Source: Trichoplax adhaerens
Lineage: Eukaryota; Animalia; Placozoa
Length of the DNA stretch: 64,000 nucleotides
Direction of reading: 5' to 3'
Assembly: GCF_000150275.1 (NCBI RefSeq)
Contig: NW_002060971.1
Location: forward strand, 473,487 to 537,486
The notes under the pieces were generated by a model. The model was not told where the DNA came from. It made no database searches and was given only the letters and a program-made list of their open reading frames with translations. Positions 46,401-59,474 of the stretch are shown here, one piece after another. Positions within the stretch are counted from its first letter, which is position 1. Every line of letters begins with the position of its first letter. Position numbers and translations under genes: made by a program.

Positions 46401-49400
46401 TTATATTTTTATAAATCGCACAGGGTTTAAGAACTCATTCATTAGTTTTATTTGATAACTGAGAGCTCTTTCTTATGGTACCTTGTTGAAACTGTGCCAA
46501 TGTTAAACTATACGAGATTGATACGGACAAATTTTTTCAATCATGTCTGTGAACTATTGACTCAATAATCTAATTCTGCAATCTTTTACTTGATATAAGC
46601 GAAATAGCACTGTAGGGTATAGTGTACAAACTCTTCGGTTTGAATTATTGCAAACAGTAAACGATTTGCTGTATGCATGTGATAGTCAAAATATAAAAAA
46701 ATTGATCATACCAGGAAATGTCCAACTATTCAGCCAAGTGATATGGTTAGTATTCAAGTGAAAGATTCCAACTTGGGAACTGATTTGTCCTACATATACA
46801 AATAACCGTAGCATGACTGAGAAAAAAAAGCTTTGATATCTATTAGTGATGCTGTAAAGTAATTAGAACCGATCCAATTGCTAGCGATATTCCACTGAGC
46901 ATTTCACTTTAGGCAATAAATTGCTCGAAATGAATTTTTATTTTATGTATGTTAAATGCCTTCATTTAAATTGACTCTATGGTTTACCTTGAAATTGTTC
47001 AATACTAATAAAACCTTTTCTAGTGCCAGAGGCGTCAAAACTTACCGGCCCCTAGATAAAAAATGCCATAATTAGCAGTCAGTGCCACAAAATAAATGGA
47101 TTATAAAAGGAATTCCATCACAAAAACTTCTTACTTATTCTAACGTAAGGAATTTATCATACCATGAAAAGCATGTAAATATATTGAATGTTATTAATAG
47201 AGGACGTTTATTATGATAGTTAAAACTAATGGACTGAAAAGACTTCTTTTTTATGTATAGATGGTCTAAAGAGCAACACATTCTAATCTAATTTAATAGC
47301 TTCTCTACAGAAGTTAGAAAAAGAAACGAGAATATGTTGTTACTTGAATCAGTTATGTGAATACTTTCAAATTTAACCAAAATTACACTTATTGTTGATG
47401 TCACGTTCTATGAGTAACTTATTTGGGATGTTCATATATTACTAGTACGGATTCGATCATCTAACAATTAAATTACCGAAATGCCAGTGAAGGATAATTT
47501 TCTGAATGAATCTCGAATGATTTCCGCTAATTCGTCATTAACAGAGCGAAAATCTGTTATACATTTGGATGGACTACGTAGATGTAATTCATAAATAGTA
47601 GTATTTAAAGCTAAAGCGATAGCCCATGCTGCATCAAAAGCATAGCTAGCAGCATAACTCGATCCATCTGAACTTAAGTTTTTACGTGAGATATTGAGAT
47701 ATTGATGTGGAGTCTACATTTAGTATTTTAGAAAAATAAAACAAAATTCATCGTTAACAAGAGTGTACGTGATGCATGATCAATTGCTAATGAAATGTGT
47801 GACTTTTCTAGCAAAATTAGATTAGTAGTCGTATACTCGTATATGACTGTGGATTCTATATAGAATAAGATTATGCTACGATGACTCTGATGATTAATTA
47901 CACAGTCACTCATTGTATGCCAAGAAGTTAAAGAAATTTTGATGCCTATCATAAAGGTGACAATGTAAGGAATGAATTCGGAAGTGCATTTTACAATATC
48001 TATATTACAACTTACTAAACCAGAAATAGACTTCTTTTGGATATAATTTAAGGGTAGATCAGATACAGTAAACGAATTTTGTAACGCCGTTAAAATTTGC
48101 CCTTCGCTACAGTTAAGGTTATCTTGTATGGTTGGTGATAGATTATGATATTGGCTATTTCTTGATATTATCCAAATCATCTCCAATTTATGTAAGCCCA
48201 GATTGTAAACCTATAAAATAATTAGCAACGATATGATATTAGTTAATAATTCATTATTCTTAGTTTAAATTTAAATATTTAATGATGTAGTTCGATAGCA
48301 GGAGCAATTTATGAACGACCGCTTTACGTTTTATATGGTAGATATTTATATTTCTTACATTTTATAACTTTAATTACATAACTATTACTTATAAATTAAT
48401 GGAAAATATTTTAGAATGCAATTTAAATTCATGGAACATTACAAAATATGCTATGATTTATTGTTGACTTCATACACTTGCTACATCATTTTAGTTTTAA
48501 CGAGCGAATTTGAAATTGTAATCTAATGATTTAATTACAGATAGACTCTTAAAGAAATTAGGCATGATTGTGTTTGTAGGTATACAATACGCTATACTAT
48601 TACTGTAAAATTTTAAGCTTTATAGATTAATAGGCAAAAATAACATCAAAAGAAACTACTAATTAATCATTCACGACATTATCGTATTTGCTATAAACTA
48701 AGAGTTATGCGTTTATAACGGGATACAACAATATGATGTATGCATATTTATTAGAATAGGGTTTGGCATCATACTATTACTTCGAATTACTTGATTCTAA
48801 TATCATGTGCTAACCTAATAAAGCTTAGAAGCAATTTTAGAATATTCTTATACGGTCTAAAAAATGATTAGCGACCGTAAATATCGTATAGGAAATAGGT
48901 GCTAATAGATCTTCGGATATTATATAGGTTCAGTTCATAGCAAGGTTGATAAGCTCTTATATTTTTAAAATATTCTAGTATCTTTGTATAGTTGGAGAAA
49001 CAGAATATAATAAATTTTTAGAATTAATATTATTTGCGTGATTGCCAATACTGTATTCATCAGCACGCATTTTATAACATAATGTAACGGTCACGGAGCA
49101 GGAAGTTCGTATTACTTTATAGGAAAATATTACATAATGTGCACAATAATTTTATTTTTTACTAGATCACCTAGTACAGATCATTACACAAAGAAACGAA
49201 TATAAAAAGAAAGCGACATTACGTTCAATATTCAAAATTATAGCCGTAAAATGTCATCATCTTCAACAAATTTTATCTTGTATTTCATATCATTTTAGTA
49301 TCAATGAAACTTACCGCACAAAATAATCTTCTGGTACTGTCAGAACACAACTTAACGACGATAATTCTTGTAAATGAATTCTTAAAAATGTACAGTAAAT

Positions 49401-51592
49401 GATATAAAAATGACGAATAAAGTCATACATAATCAATCGTTTGAAATTTACGTAGTACTTTCCGGAGTTTTCTTGAAATTCTACTTGAATAATAAAAGTA
49501 TTGTATCCCACAAATAACGGCTAGAGTAGACTTTTTAATAGCTTACCTGAATATCTTGCAAAGCAGGAACTGGATCTTGACCAAAACTGGCCCTTTTATT
49601 AACAGTAACACCATTTACTTTTAAATAATTTTCCAGTACCAAAGATGCCTAATCGAAGTCAAGGAAAGCCATTGTAAATCTTATTTTCTCAAGTTGTTCT
49701 TATTCTAGACTATAAACAATGACACAACAGGCAATAGCTATATAACGTACAGTATTAGAATCGACCATATTATCGTCCATAATGGCAATGCGATTCCAAT
49801 TAAAATAACGTAATAGTTTCAGGATGACCGGATTATCAGAAGTGGCGCTCAGAGATGTTCTATAAAAATCAGGATATTTATTTCGTTGTGATAAATCCGG
49901 TGAAGACGCTGCATAGGAAACCTAATACCGTTGCATTTCAAAGCATAGTTATAGTAGAAATTTGAATAAAACTGTACGGATACTAATTACAGAAGTCGCT
50001 ATTTGATTATAATCGGAAGGATACATCTATGTTAAAGGATATAATGAAAATCCCAACTGTTCTAGTTTGGCATAAATTTAAAGTTGGCTTAAAAAATTGA
50101 ACGATAAAACTTGCCGTATAGAGGAACTACTTTGGCTTTAAAACTCAAGTAGTTATATCATTTTGCGTTGTAGTATTACGAAATAATTTATGATAGATAT
50201 AAACAATATTGTAATTTCTATGGTTGATTTTTATATTACCTGAAGCAAGTTCGCATTATTTGCTAGCGCTGATATTGCTTTTGTTATATTAGAGAAAGCT
50301 GGCCCTAGAAGCATTAATTCTGCATTCGAATTATTTAGCAGCTTTTTGATAGCTATTTCACCAACTTTAATCGAAGACTGAAAAAGGAGTATGGTTCATA
50401 GACTGTTACGATAAGCGAACAATTTTTGGTACAATTACAGTGCTGTCATAACTTATTTAATGGCTTGTCTATATCGTTTCAACACGCACACAAATGGCAG
50501 ACATGATTGTATACATACAATTGTAATTCATCGTTTATAGGATGTAATAAAACTAGCATCAGATTTAAATTCATATTTTTCTTAGCACTTTTATGATCGT
50601 ATTAGCCATTATACCGTATATTAACACACTCCATGGCTAGGCATCATAGGGTATACTTTAAAAAATACTACGTGTATAGAACTACAATAAATAAATTTTA
50701 ATTATGCTGAATAAAAATTGATTAGGTTTAGCGTAAGTTTGAGATATCTCGGCGATGCAGAAATAGAAACATCGAAATAATTACTTTTTTATGTTATTTT
50801 ACAGTAATCGATTCTATAACTCATATAAAATCTGTGAGTATTAAAGTTAATTATGATGTCCATAGTTTACGAATCGATCACCATACGTCTAGGTTTACAA
50901 TATCATCTATTTTCTCGAAGTTCTAAATATTAAAGTAAATCTTTCATCGCGTGATAAACAAATTTTTTCTCTTCTACTGATACGATAAATCGATGTCTCG
51001 TAAGCTATTCTATTGCACCTTAATGTCCTTCAAGTTATAATTTAACTTAAAATATTGGACAAAATTATAACAAGCGTATCAGTAATTATTACTTTGATTT
51101 TAACATAACATGCATTCCATTTTCTAGTGGATACACATACAACTTTAATCATATTCAATGGTAATTAATGTGTTGCCATAATACTGATCTATCATATATT
51201 CTGTATTTATAGATTAGTTTCTATCAGGAGTAAATAGGGTGGATGAAATGCTAGCATAACAAATTCTATGATTCTATAGACGACATTAGTCTAATGGCCA
51301 ATTTCATGGCTAATTGCGATATTATCGTACTAACCTTGGTATCAGCAACTCTCATTTTGATACTATAGTTCATTAATAGATCTGATCGCTGGTTAATCAT
51401 ATCAATTGCTAATTCGGTTGCTAATTTTGGTCTTATTCCCCATAATGAATCCAATGGAAATAAGCCTGCAATATGTAGAGTACCAGAACAAATTTGCTTA
51501 TTTCCACAAGCCATATTACCCTTCCATGATATCAGTAATAGAATACTGGTTAACAACTTCAAAATGGAAAGTTTAATTCGATTGTTTTCCAT
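43412..51592 (-). CDS. GABA-B receptor-like class C GPCR (Venus flytrap + 7TM), 16 exons
   Basis: A signal peptide is followed by LHIAGLFP...AIDMINQRSDLL, then LLGPAFS, VSYAASSPDLSQRNKYPDFYRT, FNWNRIAI, TRIIVV...RRLFCA, YAFDAAWAIALALN, SFTGISGPVSFDASGTR and PPSD. TM1-7 lie in exons 45810-45960, 45464-45587, 45110-45211, 44835-44958 and 44366-44698. The tail exons are 43821-43964 and 43412-43654 (TAA). There is no cysteine-rich domain, as in GABA-B receptors. Confidence 0.88.
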
Positions 51593-52840
51593 TATTACAG
51601 TATGTGAAACGTCTCGAAGCCGGACTTTCTTGAAGAAATAATCAGAATAGCCTTAGATGTAAACTGAAGTAGTCAAATGCCGTATTAAGCCAACTAGACG
51701 CTAACGGAATGAACCAATCGTTGAGGCTACAGTCCAAAGTTGGTCATAAGTTTTTCTGTACCAATATTCTATGGAAAGTATTTTGTAATAAAGCGATAGC
51801 CTACAGTAATCTTAGGCATCCGTAACAGTAGTAATAAATAAACTAACTTTCAATTCATCCGTTAGCGATATTTTAAAATGTTGAAATACATCAGTGCCAA
51901 TCAAAGGACTGGAGCTACAATTACACGGGTATCGTCGTCAAGAAATGCTTCAAATTTTTTTTTCTACAGTCAATAATAAACGTAAGTACACAACGCAATC
52001 ATGCGCGATCATCTATTTTCTATTCTTTATGATATTATATTTTAATATCATTAGACAATAGCACAACATCTATGCTACCTGACAACGGAATAGAGCCTAC
52101 TCATTGCTTGGTATCAAAATTGAGCTAAGGTGTAGCGAATGAGTATTGAAAATGGTGCATAATAGAACAATTAAGTTTTTCTTTGTTCCGTTAAGGAATA
52201 AGCTATAGCAAATATTTTTGAATTTGTACTTGACGAAGAAACGTCAATTTTAAATTAATATGAATAGAAAAGAGTACAGCAGCACTTAGGATCTCGTCTC
52301 TTTAGAATCATAAATCATTATGCGTATCCATCCAATCTTCTTCGAAGTATCTATACAGTGCTGCCAGTAGTCAGTTCTGTACAGCCATACACTACTAAAG
52401 GGATACGACAAAGCTGGATACCATGGCTACGACGTTAACATAACTCATTCAAACAATAATACAGTGTACGTCAATAAGGTGAATTGACTGACTATTAAAA
52501 ATAGTGCACTACACCCATAAACTACTTAAGAAATAAGTGTTTCTTTACTAGTCCATGGCTGCAACACAGAGATAAAAAAATTCTCTATACGCTATTAATT
52601 AAAGCAAGAAATTAATTATTCCAAAGGCCGGCCCAAAGTTTTCCGCTTTGATGAGCATGCTCATTTGGACGTGCTCGTGAAAATACCAAGCTAGAAAAAA
52701 TAATACCATTTTTGTTTATTGTTAATCATTACATATTAAGGAAGCACTATCTACTGTTCAGTGGAAAAAGAAAAAATTGAGTTAAAGGACGGAGAACTAA
52801 ATAAAAAGAGTAAATTCCGTTTTATTTTTACGGTTGACAT

Positions 52841-52970
52841 TATATATATATATATATAAATACTAAGCAGACGTACAGTAGAGAATATGCTGTCAGGAAC
52901 TACAATATTAATTAATTATAGTTACATTTACTAACGAAATCCGTGGAAACTCCACGGAATCGTAGTCTAG
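52841..52970 (+). mobile_element. Short non-autonomous Helitron-like element
   Basis: It has a (TA)n start, the perfect 8-bp-stem hairpin TCCGTGGA-aac-TCCACGGA (52940-52958), then 8 nt, then CTAG|T (52967-52971). Confidence 0.55.
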
Positions 52971-55900
52971 TTGTAAGTTAATCGACAGTTAAAATCCGGT
53001 TTAATAGCGTGACACGCGTACAATCGCTTTAATGATTTGACGATTAATTGAATATTATACTAGCTTGACAAGCCCCCAGCACCTGATATTGCTTTCTGTG
53101 CAACCTATTCTGCTACAGTAATAATTAATAGATACTAGCCAAACTAGCGAAAATTTCACAGAATACGCGTATGCTGTATCGCATTACTTGATGCACTCCG
53201 CTTCTCGCATGACTGCTTGTGTGCACCTGGAGGAATGTAAAGTGTACAGACAACCAGAATGCCGGCACTGACAAAAATTGAAACAAAAGCCTACTGGTTC
53301 ATCTTTCATCTTTTATCACTTTACATTAGGGACAATCAAATAGAAGGAAAGGGACAGGAAACGGTCGTTTCAGTGTACCGACAATATGAGGGCCGACTAT
53401 TTTGATGATGTTATAAATCTTAATTTGTAACAATTATAGGAAAAAGAGCCTTCAAAAATACGGTATTAAATCGCTCAAAAAACATTCGCAAAACAGCTCT
53501 TTACACTAATAAATTATTGTAGCAAATTTATCAAAGAACCGAAAAGGAGAAACACATATAGCAAAGTTCATACTCACAACAGCAATGCATGCAATGGTTG
53601 CTTCAACATATACATATATATATATATAGAAGCATAGAAATACAATAAATACTGTTTTCTTATCTAACCAGAAAATAATAGATAAATACAGATATTATGT
53701 TAATAGGGTAGACAAGGAGTTCATTAAGCATAATATACTAGTTATGAGGTTTGTGACAGGAATTAAAAATATTTCGAGGATGCATTGTTATCGTAAAAAT
53801 ATATATAGTATTTGGATGGCAGTACATTAGACAGGAAAGCATAAAGTACATGTTAACCGTGTGAAAACAGCAATTAGTATAGAAATCAATACAAATGCAA
53901 AATGAAAAAGAGATTACTTTGCTGAAAACTCAACTTGACCAAGTCAACAATCATTACAAAAATTATTTCCTGACAGATGGTCATTTTAACTAAAACATCC
54001 ATCTGAAATAGTGCTGTCCCGGACTACTCTCCTGACAAAGGATAAAGTAAAGTATTCCATTCCTCTAAGTTGCTACTGCCAACTACTAGTTTAGTTTCCG
54101 CCTAAAACTTCCCTTCTAGACTGTGATTACACAGATAAACTTGATAACGTCGAGCTACTTTTACTTTATTTCAACTAATTCGAACAACGCGATGTGATCG
54201 TACAAGACTTCAGAAATCATCTTCTAACGAGCAATATTCGTAGTTACAAGTCAAGTCATGAAAGTTTAGTCGGCCCAACTTATATAGGTAGATATCTATC
54301 AAGACACAATGTCACTCACAGGAGTAATCCCACTGCCTACTCTCTTCTAATATGAGTGATCAACTAACTTACTAGCTACTTAGTCACTCCAACTAACTAC
54401 GGAGAGATACTGTAAGTATGACTAACAACTTCCTCACAAGTATAATAAGCGGCTTGTTGTAAGATTAGTTTTATGAGTTTTTACTTCTATTCATACAACG
54501 AAAGTATCGCCGATGATTGTCATCTGAATCTGCTACTCGGTTGTTTTTGTTGGGTGTGGTATACGGTTTTAGCAGTGGCGTACGTTAGAATGAGTAGAAA
54601 AGTGATAGAAGGCACGCTATTTTGTACTAAACGGCCACTTTTCGTCTCTTTCTCTTACTAATTTCTTTTACATATACGAAATGTTGCGAATGTACAAGGT
54701 TTGGTTAGATTCATTTTGAAAGAATTACCGTTGGTACGCAAGAGAGATTATGTACGTGTAATGGCAAAAACGTGGTACTTATTTTTCGTTTAGATAATCG
54801 TTGATGATACCATTTTCTATGGCAAAAATTATAGTTACTGTCGCCTACTTTTCAATACATTATCAATCTATTGTAAATATATTTATTGCTGACTCTGTAA
54901 TGTATTAAATCGTTTTAGAACGAGACGCTTAATGGAAGTACATAACCTCGCTTATCCCTCATATTGCCAGTAATAACGATCCATTTATTGTACCTAATAT
55001 CTGAATAATACTGTTCGATATCTCTAAATTCCTTGTACATATTAATAATCATATATTCATACCGGATTACACTGAGCATGATATTTAGAAAGTCTGGTAC
55101 AGTAACAAAAACTTTCTGTTTGAAAGTTCCTGCGAATACGATGAAGGTTGTTAGTATCTTCATTTTGTAAGATTTTCTTGCAATAAGATTAAAAGAGTTC
55201 TTTATACGGACTTTATGAATCATAACTACGAGTTCATCATAGTAAAGTCAATTACAAAATTATTACGTCGTAGTAAGGATTTCGTTCCTAATTACTATAG
55301 TTGATACACAAACAGAAATTAGATTAATTTCGATTATTTAATTATTTGTTCACCTTATGTCGATATCAATTTTCTAATTGTTGCCCATTTCTTGATGCAT
55401 TAATTGTTTTATTTTATTTTATATATAACTTATCTGCATTTGCGAAACCACATGAGTAAATAAAGGTAAAAACTCTTCATTTAACCGAAATAATGAGAAA
55501 GGTTTACATTACTATTTCTAAACTCTAAATAAGTTACGAGCATAGTAATAAACTAACGGTATTAATTTATCTAGTAGTCCATAGAAAAAATCTTCTCTTA
55601 AAATAATATCCATTCTCATATAGCGTTACGGTGGAACTTTCTTTCCGCAGTCAAAGTGGTGAAGAGTAGATTGAAGAAGGGGGTGTACATAATTAATAAT
55701 ATTTAGAAGAATAGGTATAACAGTTACATAACGGTACAGCCGAAAGATTAAATAAGAACATACGAGCATGTTAAGGGTAAAAATTTGGTAGTAATCCAAT
55801 AATCGCAAATTGAAATATTTTCTTAGCAGATTTTATATAAACAAACAGGAGGCAGATCGCTTCAGGTGTACTCTACTCAGTGGCATTTACTTACTTGCAA

Positions 55901-56933
55901 AACTTCGCAAGGAAAGTAGGATCTATCGAATTGAATCGTTGATATCCCTTCATATTAGGCACGAAAGAATCACCTTACAAGTATAAATTATCATATAAGC
56001 GGGTATACGCATAGAAAATGGGATAAACTTGTTATTGTCTATTATAATGTTATTAACTGAAATTCGAAAGCCCGTATGACGCACTGCGTGTATTTGAAGG
56101 CTGTTAAATTAATATGCTGCACTGCACGAGCTAAATAACTGCCGTGCTACAGATCTTTTGATCATGGTTTATCAGTACACTTTTAAAATATTGACCTCTT
56201 CTGTCAATTTTGAAATATGCAACAGGTATTAATTAGGCTATGAGAACGATGTAGTAACTTACACCGATTGTTTTGCACGGTCAGTAAAATTATTATTCAA
56301 ATATAAGCTTAAAGTAAGATTATGCATCTAAATATAATTTAAATCAGATTTATAGCAAAATATCAGGTTGGTTATCTTCCCCTAATTTTATTTAGCCTTT
56401 TAAATACTTTACTAAAGTATAAAACCGATAAGGTCAAGCACCAACGTTAAAATGCTTCACTTCTGGATAAACAAGTTGAAGTATGTATACTGTACTAAAT
56501 GAGCGAAGGAAATACAATATCATCAAAGTATCATAAAGCAAACTACAGTAAATATTCATGCTTAATGTTAGGCAGTAAAGTTAATTTATTCTTCTTAGTA
56601 GATCCGATAGCATGTACACTGATATTGCTATATTCACAAGTTCACATACCAATCGATCGAGCACTAACAAACGATTTTAAAATAGATTGTATTATTGGCT
56701 TGGTATCATGTCTTTACAAATTCATGAGTAGAATACAACAAGTGCAATCTATGGATTCTAGTATTGCTATCTAAAATGTACATTATTGTAGACAAAGTTC
56801 ATGTTATGCTATGCCTAATGCAGTTCGCATCGTAATTCGGTATAGAACTAATCTTGTTCTACTAGCGTTGCTAGGCTTTGCTAGTTGGTTACTGCTGCGC
56901 GCATGATAAAAGTAACACTGGCAGCAATCACTA

Positions 56934-57291
56934 TGTAATAATATCTTCTTTAAGTAGCGTAAAGTATTTTAAGGTAGACGATGATAGAAGGTATAAAGGA
57001 TTTTATTGAGATACAAGTTGCAGGCTAACAATGATATGGTTGTTATAGATAAGGTATTTGAGATAGCAGGAACGTAGGAACTGACTAACGAGTTAGCGTA
57101 CAAGGGTATTTATAGGTTTTAGATGGGATTGAGATACTGTCTTTATATGTATAGCATGTCGTCTATATGTGGTCATGATGTCGTACATTATGAATGTAAT
57201 ACAATACAGTACTTAAACGGTATATGATAAGTATTCGTATATTAGGATATTACTATACTAGGCATCTTCTATATAAGATCATAATGTTACA
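56934..57291 (-). mobile_element. Solo LTR, family A copy 2 (358 bp), immediately 3' of the P450 stop in sense orientation
   Basis: It is the reverse complement of 21261-21618 with 6 substitutions by my count. The TSD is ACTA (56930-56933 and 57292-57295). The minus-strand AATAAA is at 57002-57007 and TATAAA at 57109-57114. Confidence 0.9.
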
Positions 57292-57305
57292 ACTATAGTA
57301 TTCAG

Positions 57306-58781
57306 TTACGGATTTCTATCCTTCAATTGGACCCAAGTACCGCCAACGTTACGTAATACGGACGAGATTAAATGATCGAGAGGGTGATTTTCAGCTTCAC
57401 TAAATTCAAACTGATGGACTAATTTGGCTAATGTAACCTTGGCTTCATTCATTGCAAAATTTTGCCCAATACAATTTCTACTTCCAAGTGCAAATGGGAA
57501 AAAAGTATAGGGATCTCGCTTATTAATTTCTTCTTGTGTAAATCGCAATGGATTGAAAGTCCATGGATCAGGCCAAAACTCAGGATTATGATGAATGCAA
57601 TATAATTGTAGTTCTAATTCAAGACCTTTAGGAAACACCTGACCATCAATCTCAGTATCCTCACATAAACCACGACCCAAAATACATACTGGAGGATGTA
57701 TTCTTAATGTCTCTTTAATGCACATAGTAGTGAACTGTAATCCTGCTAAATCACCCCATGACAGTTCGTCTTTGCCATTTAACACTTGTTCATACTCTTC
57801 TCGAATTTTCTGTTGATATTCTGGATGTTTTGCCAGGCTAAATAGCGCAAACGAAATGGTAGAAGCTGTAGTATCATGACCAGCAAATAAAAATGTGATA
57901 GCCTCTGCTACTATTTCATCGTCTGTCAACCCATTACCAGATGAATCTTTGGCTTGCAACATAATATCTAAGAAATCGAGATACTTTTTATTGCTAGTAT
58001 CAGCTTGGCCCGTCTGGATCTGTTTCCTTCTGTCCATTAAGATCTCTTTAGCAAATTTTCGACTAAATTCTGTATTCTTAAAATATTGACGACCTTTGGC
58101 AGTGAGCTTAAAGGTAGAAGTGATCGAATAAATTAAGTTGACGAAACGTTCTTCGACTATATATGAATTTTCATCTGTTGCCAAAAGAAAGGGGTGTCTT
58201 TTCTCAGATGTTTGTAGATTCAAGTTGGCTGAAAATGCACAGCGAAGCAAGACATCGAATGTTAGCCTACTCATATCGTCGAAAATTTCGATACATTTTC
58301 CACAATTATTTTTCCATTTCTCAATAAGAATATCTGTGCATTCGTTGTAAATGCTAACATAAGATCGAAGAACATCGAAATGGAATGCTGGTGTTAAAAG
58401 ACGCCGATTTCTCGCCCATAATGCCCCGTTAGAGGTTAATATTCCATCACCAGTCCAATCTCGAACATACTTCATAGCGTCAGTATCTTTGGAAAAGGGC
58501 TTTTTGAGAGCCATTCTAATTGTATCTGGATGATTGATGGCAAGTACTGGATGCCATATACCATAATATAACGCATATTTACGTGAGTATTGCCTATCTA
58601 TTTTCAACAGTGATTGTGAGAAACTGCCATCGAAATCACTAACATTACCAGTAATCCAGTGAGGTTTCGGGCCTTGCATTTTACGAAGAGCTGAATAAAT
58701 TCTATACTTGGAATACAACCATGGCCACAACGATACAATGGCGTATGTGATGAACACTATTATGATAAGTGAAGCAATCAT
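57306..58781 (-). CDS. Intronless cytochrome P450, CYP4 clan (CYP4F-like), 491 aa
   Basis: It has an N-terminal anchor plus GPKPHW, the C-helix WARNRRLLTPAFHF, the I-helix EAITFLFAGHDTT, the K-helix KETLR, FNPLRF and the heme motif FALGSRNCIG. Confidence 0.96.
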   Translation of the reverse strand: MIASLIIIVFITYAIVSLWPWLYSKYRIYSALRKMQGPKPHWITGNVSDFDGSFSQSLLKIDRQYSRKYALYYGIWHPVLAINHPDTIRMALKKPFSKDTDAMKYVRDWTGDGILTSNGALWARNRRLLTPAFHFDVLRSYVSIYNECTDILIEKWKNNCGKCIEIFDDMSRLTFDVLLRCAFSANLNLQTSEKRHPFLLATDENSYIVEERFVNLIYSITSTFKLTAKGRQYFKNTEFSRKFAKEILMDRRKQIQTGQADTSNKKYLDFLDIMLQAKDSSGNGLTDDEIVAEAITFLFAGHDTTASTISFALFSLAKHPEYQQKIREEYEQVLNGKDELSWGDLAGLQFTTMCIKETLRIHPPVCILGRGLCEDTEIDGQVFPKGLELELQLYCIHHNPEFWPDPWTFNPLRFTQEEINKRDPYTFFPFALGSRNCIGQNFAMNEAKVTLAKLVHQFEFSEAENHPLDHLISSVLRNVGGTWVQLKDRNP

Positions 58782-59452
58782 GATTTCTACCCTGCACTAT
58801 TTCAATTCCGGAATGTTATGTATTTAATTTAGTGTTAATTTAGTATCAAAATGGATATCATCAGGTTTACACTTTAACATCAACGCCTTCAAGATCTCCG
58901 TTTTCCTACTTTACTTATCGACGTTAAAAAGGGGTTGGGCGTCTCCTATGTGTCCGACTGTCCGTATTTTAGGCTTTCTGATTCTGATACAGTACAGTAC
59001 TATGCCTACAGTACGGTACTGTACGGTACTGTACTGCACACTGTAAATTAAGACAAATGCTGCTACAGACTACAGTACGTTCGTCCAGACGTCCAGTACA
59101 GTACACTACATGAGTACATGTGTGTTCCAAATTGGCGTACTGCGCATGTCTCGTGTCAAGACATGGTTGTAACTTGTTGGTAAAATTAGGTGAAAGTGGA
59201 AGACAGCTGCCCAATACTTTGAACTAGCTTACGTTAGGAATTCATTTCCTACTTTAACTTGTTGAAAGGATTTTTGTTGATTAAATTCAGTGAAAGTATA
59301 AGAAACGCTATCCTTACTTTAAATTAAGTTAGGCACACATAGTTAGCTTAAATTAATCATTATTATCGATCAATACTACAGTGCAGTATGTATTACAGAA
59401 TCACTATTATAATATCATCGATTAATACAGTAGAGTTTAAATTCAATTCTAA

Positions 59453-59474
59453 ATCCTATTCTGCAGAATAGGAT
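59453..59474. repeat. Perfect 22-bp palindrome
   Basis: ATCCTATTCTG|CAGAATAGGAT. Confidence 0.9.

Noticed and set aside
49311-49511. 66-aa ORF
   Set aside because: It is off-frame; the real exon is 49315-49380 (NSFTRIIVVKLCSDSTRRLFCA).
53000-56800. Slightly GC-richer patches and short ORFs between the GPCR and the P450
   Set aside because: I could not find termini, TSDs or protein motifs, although unrecognised repeats may be present.
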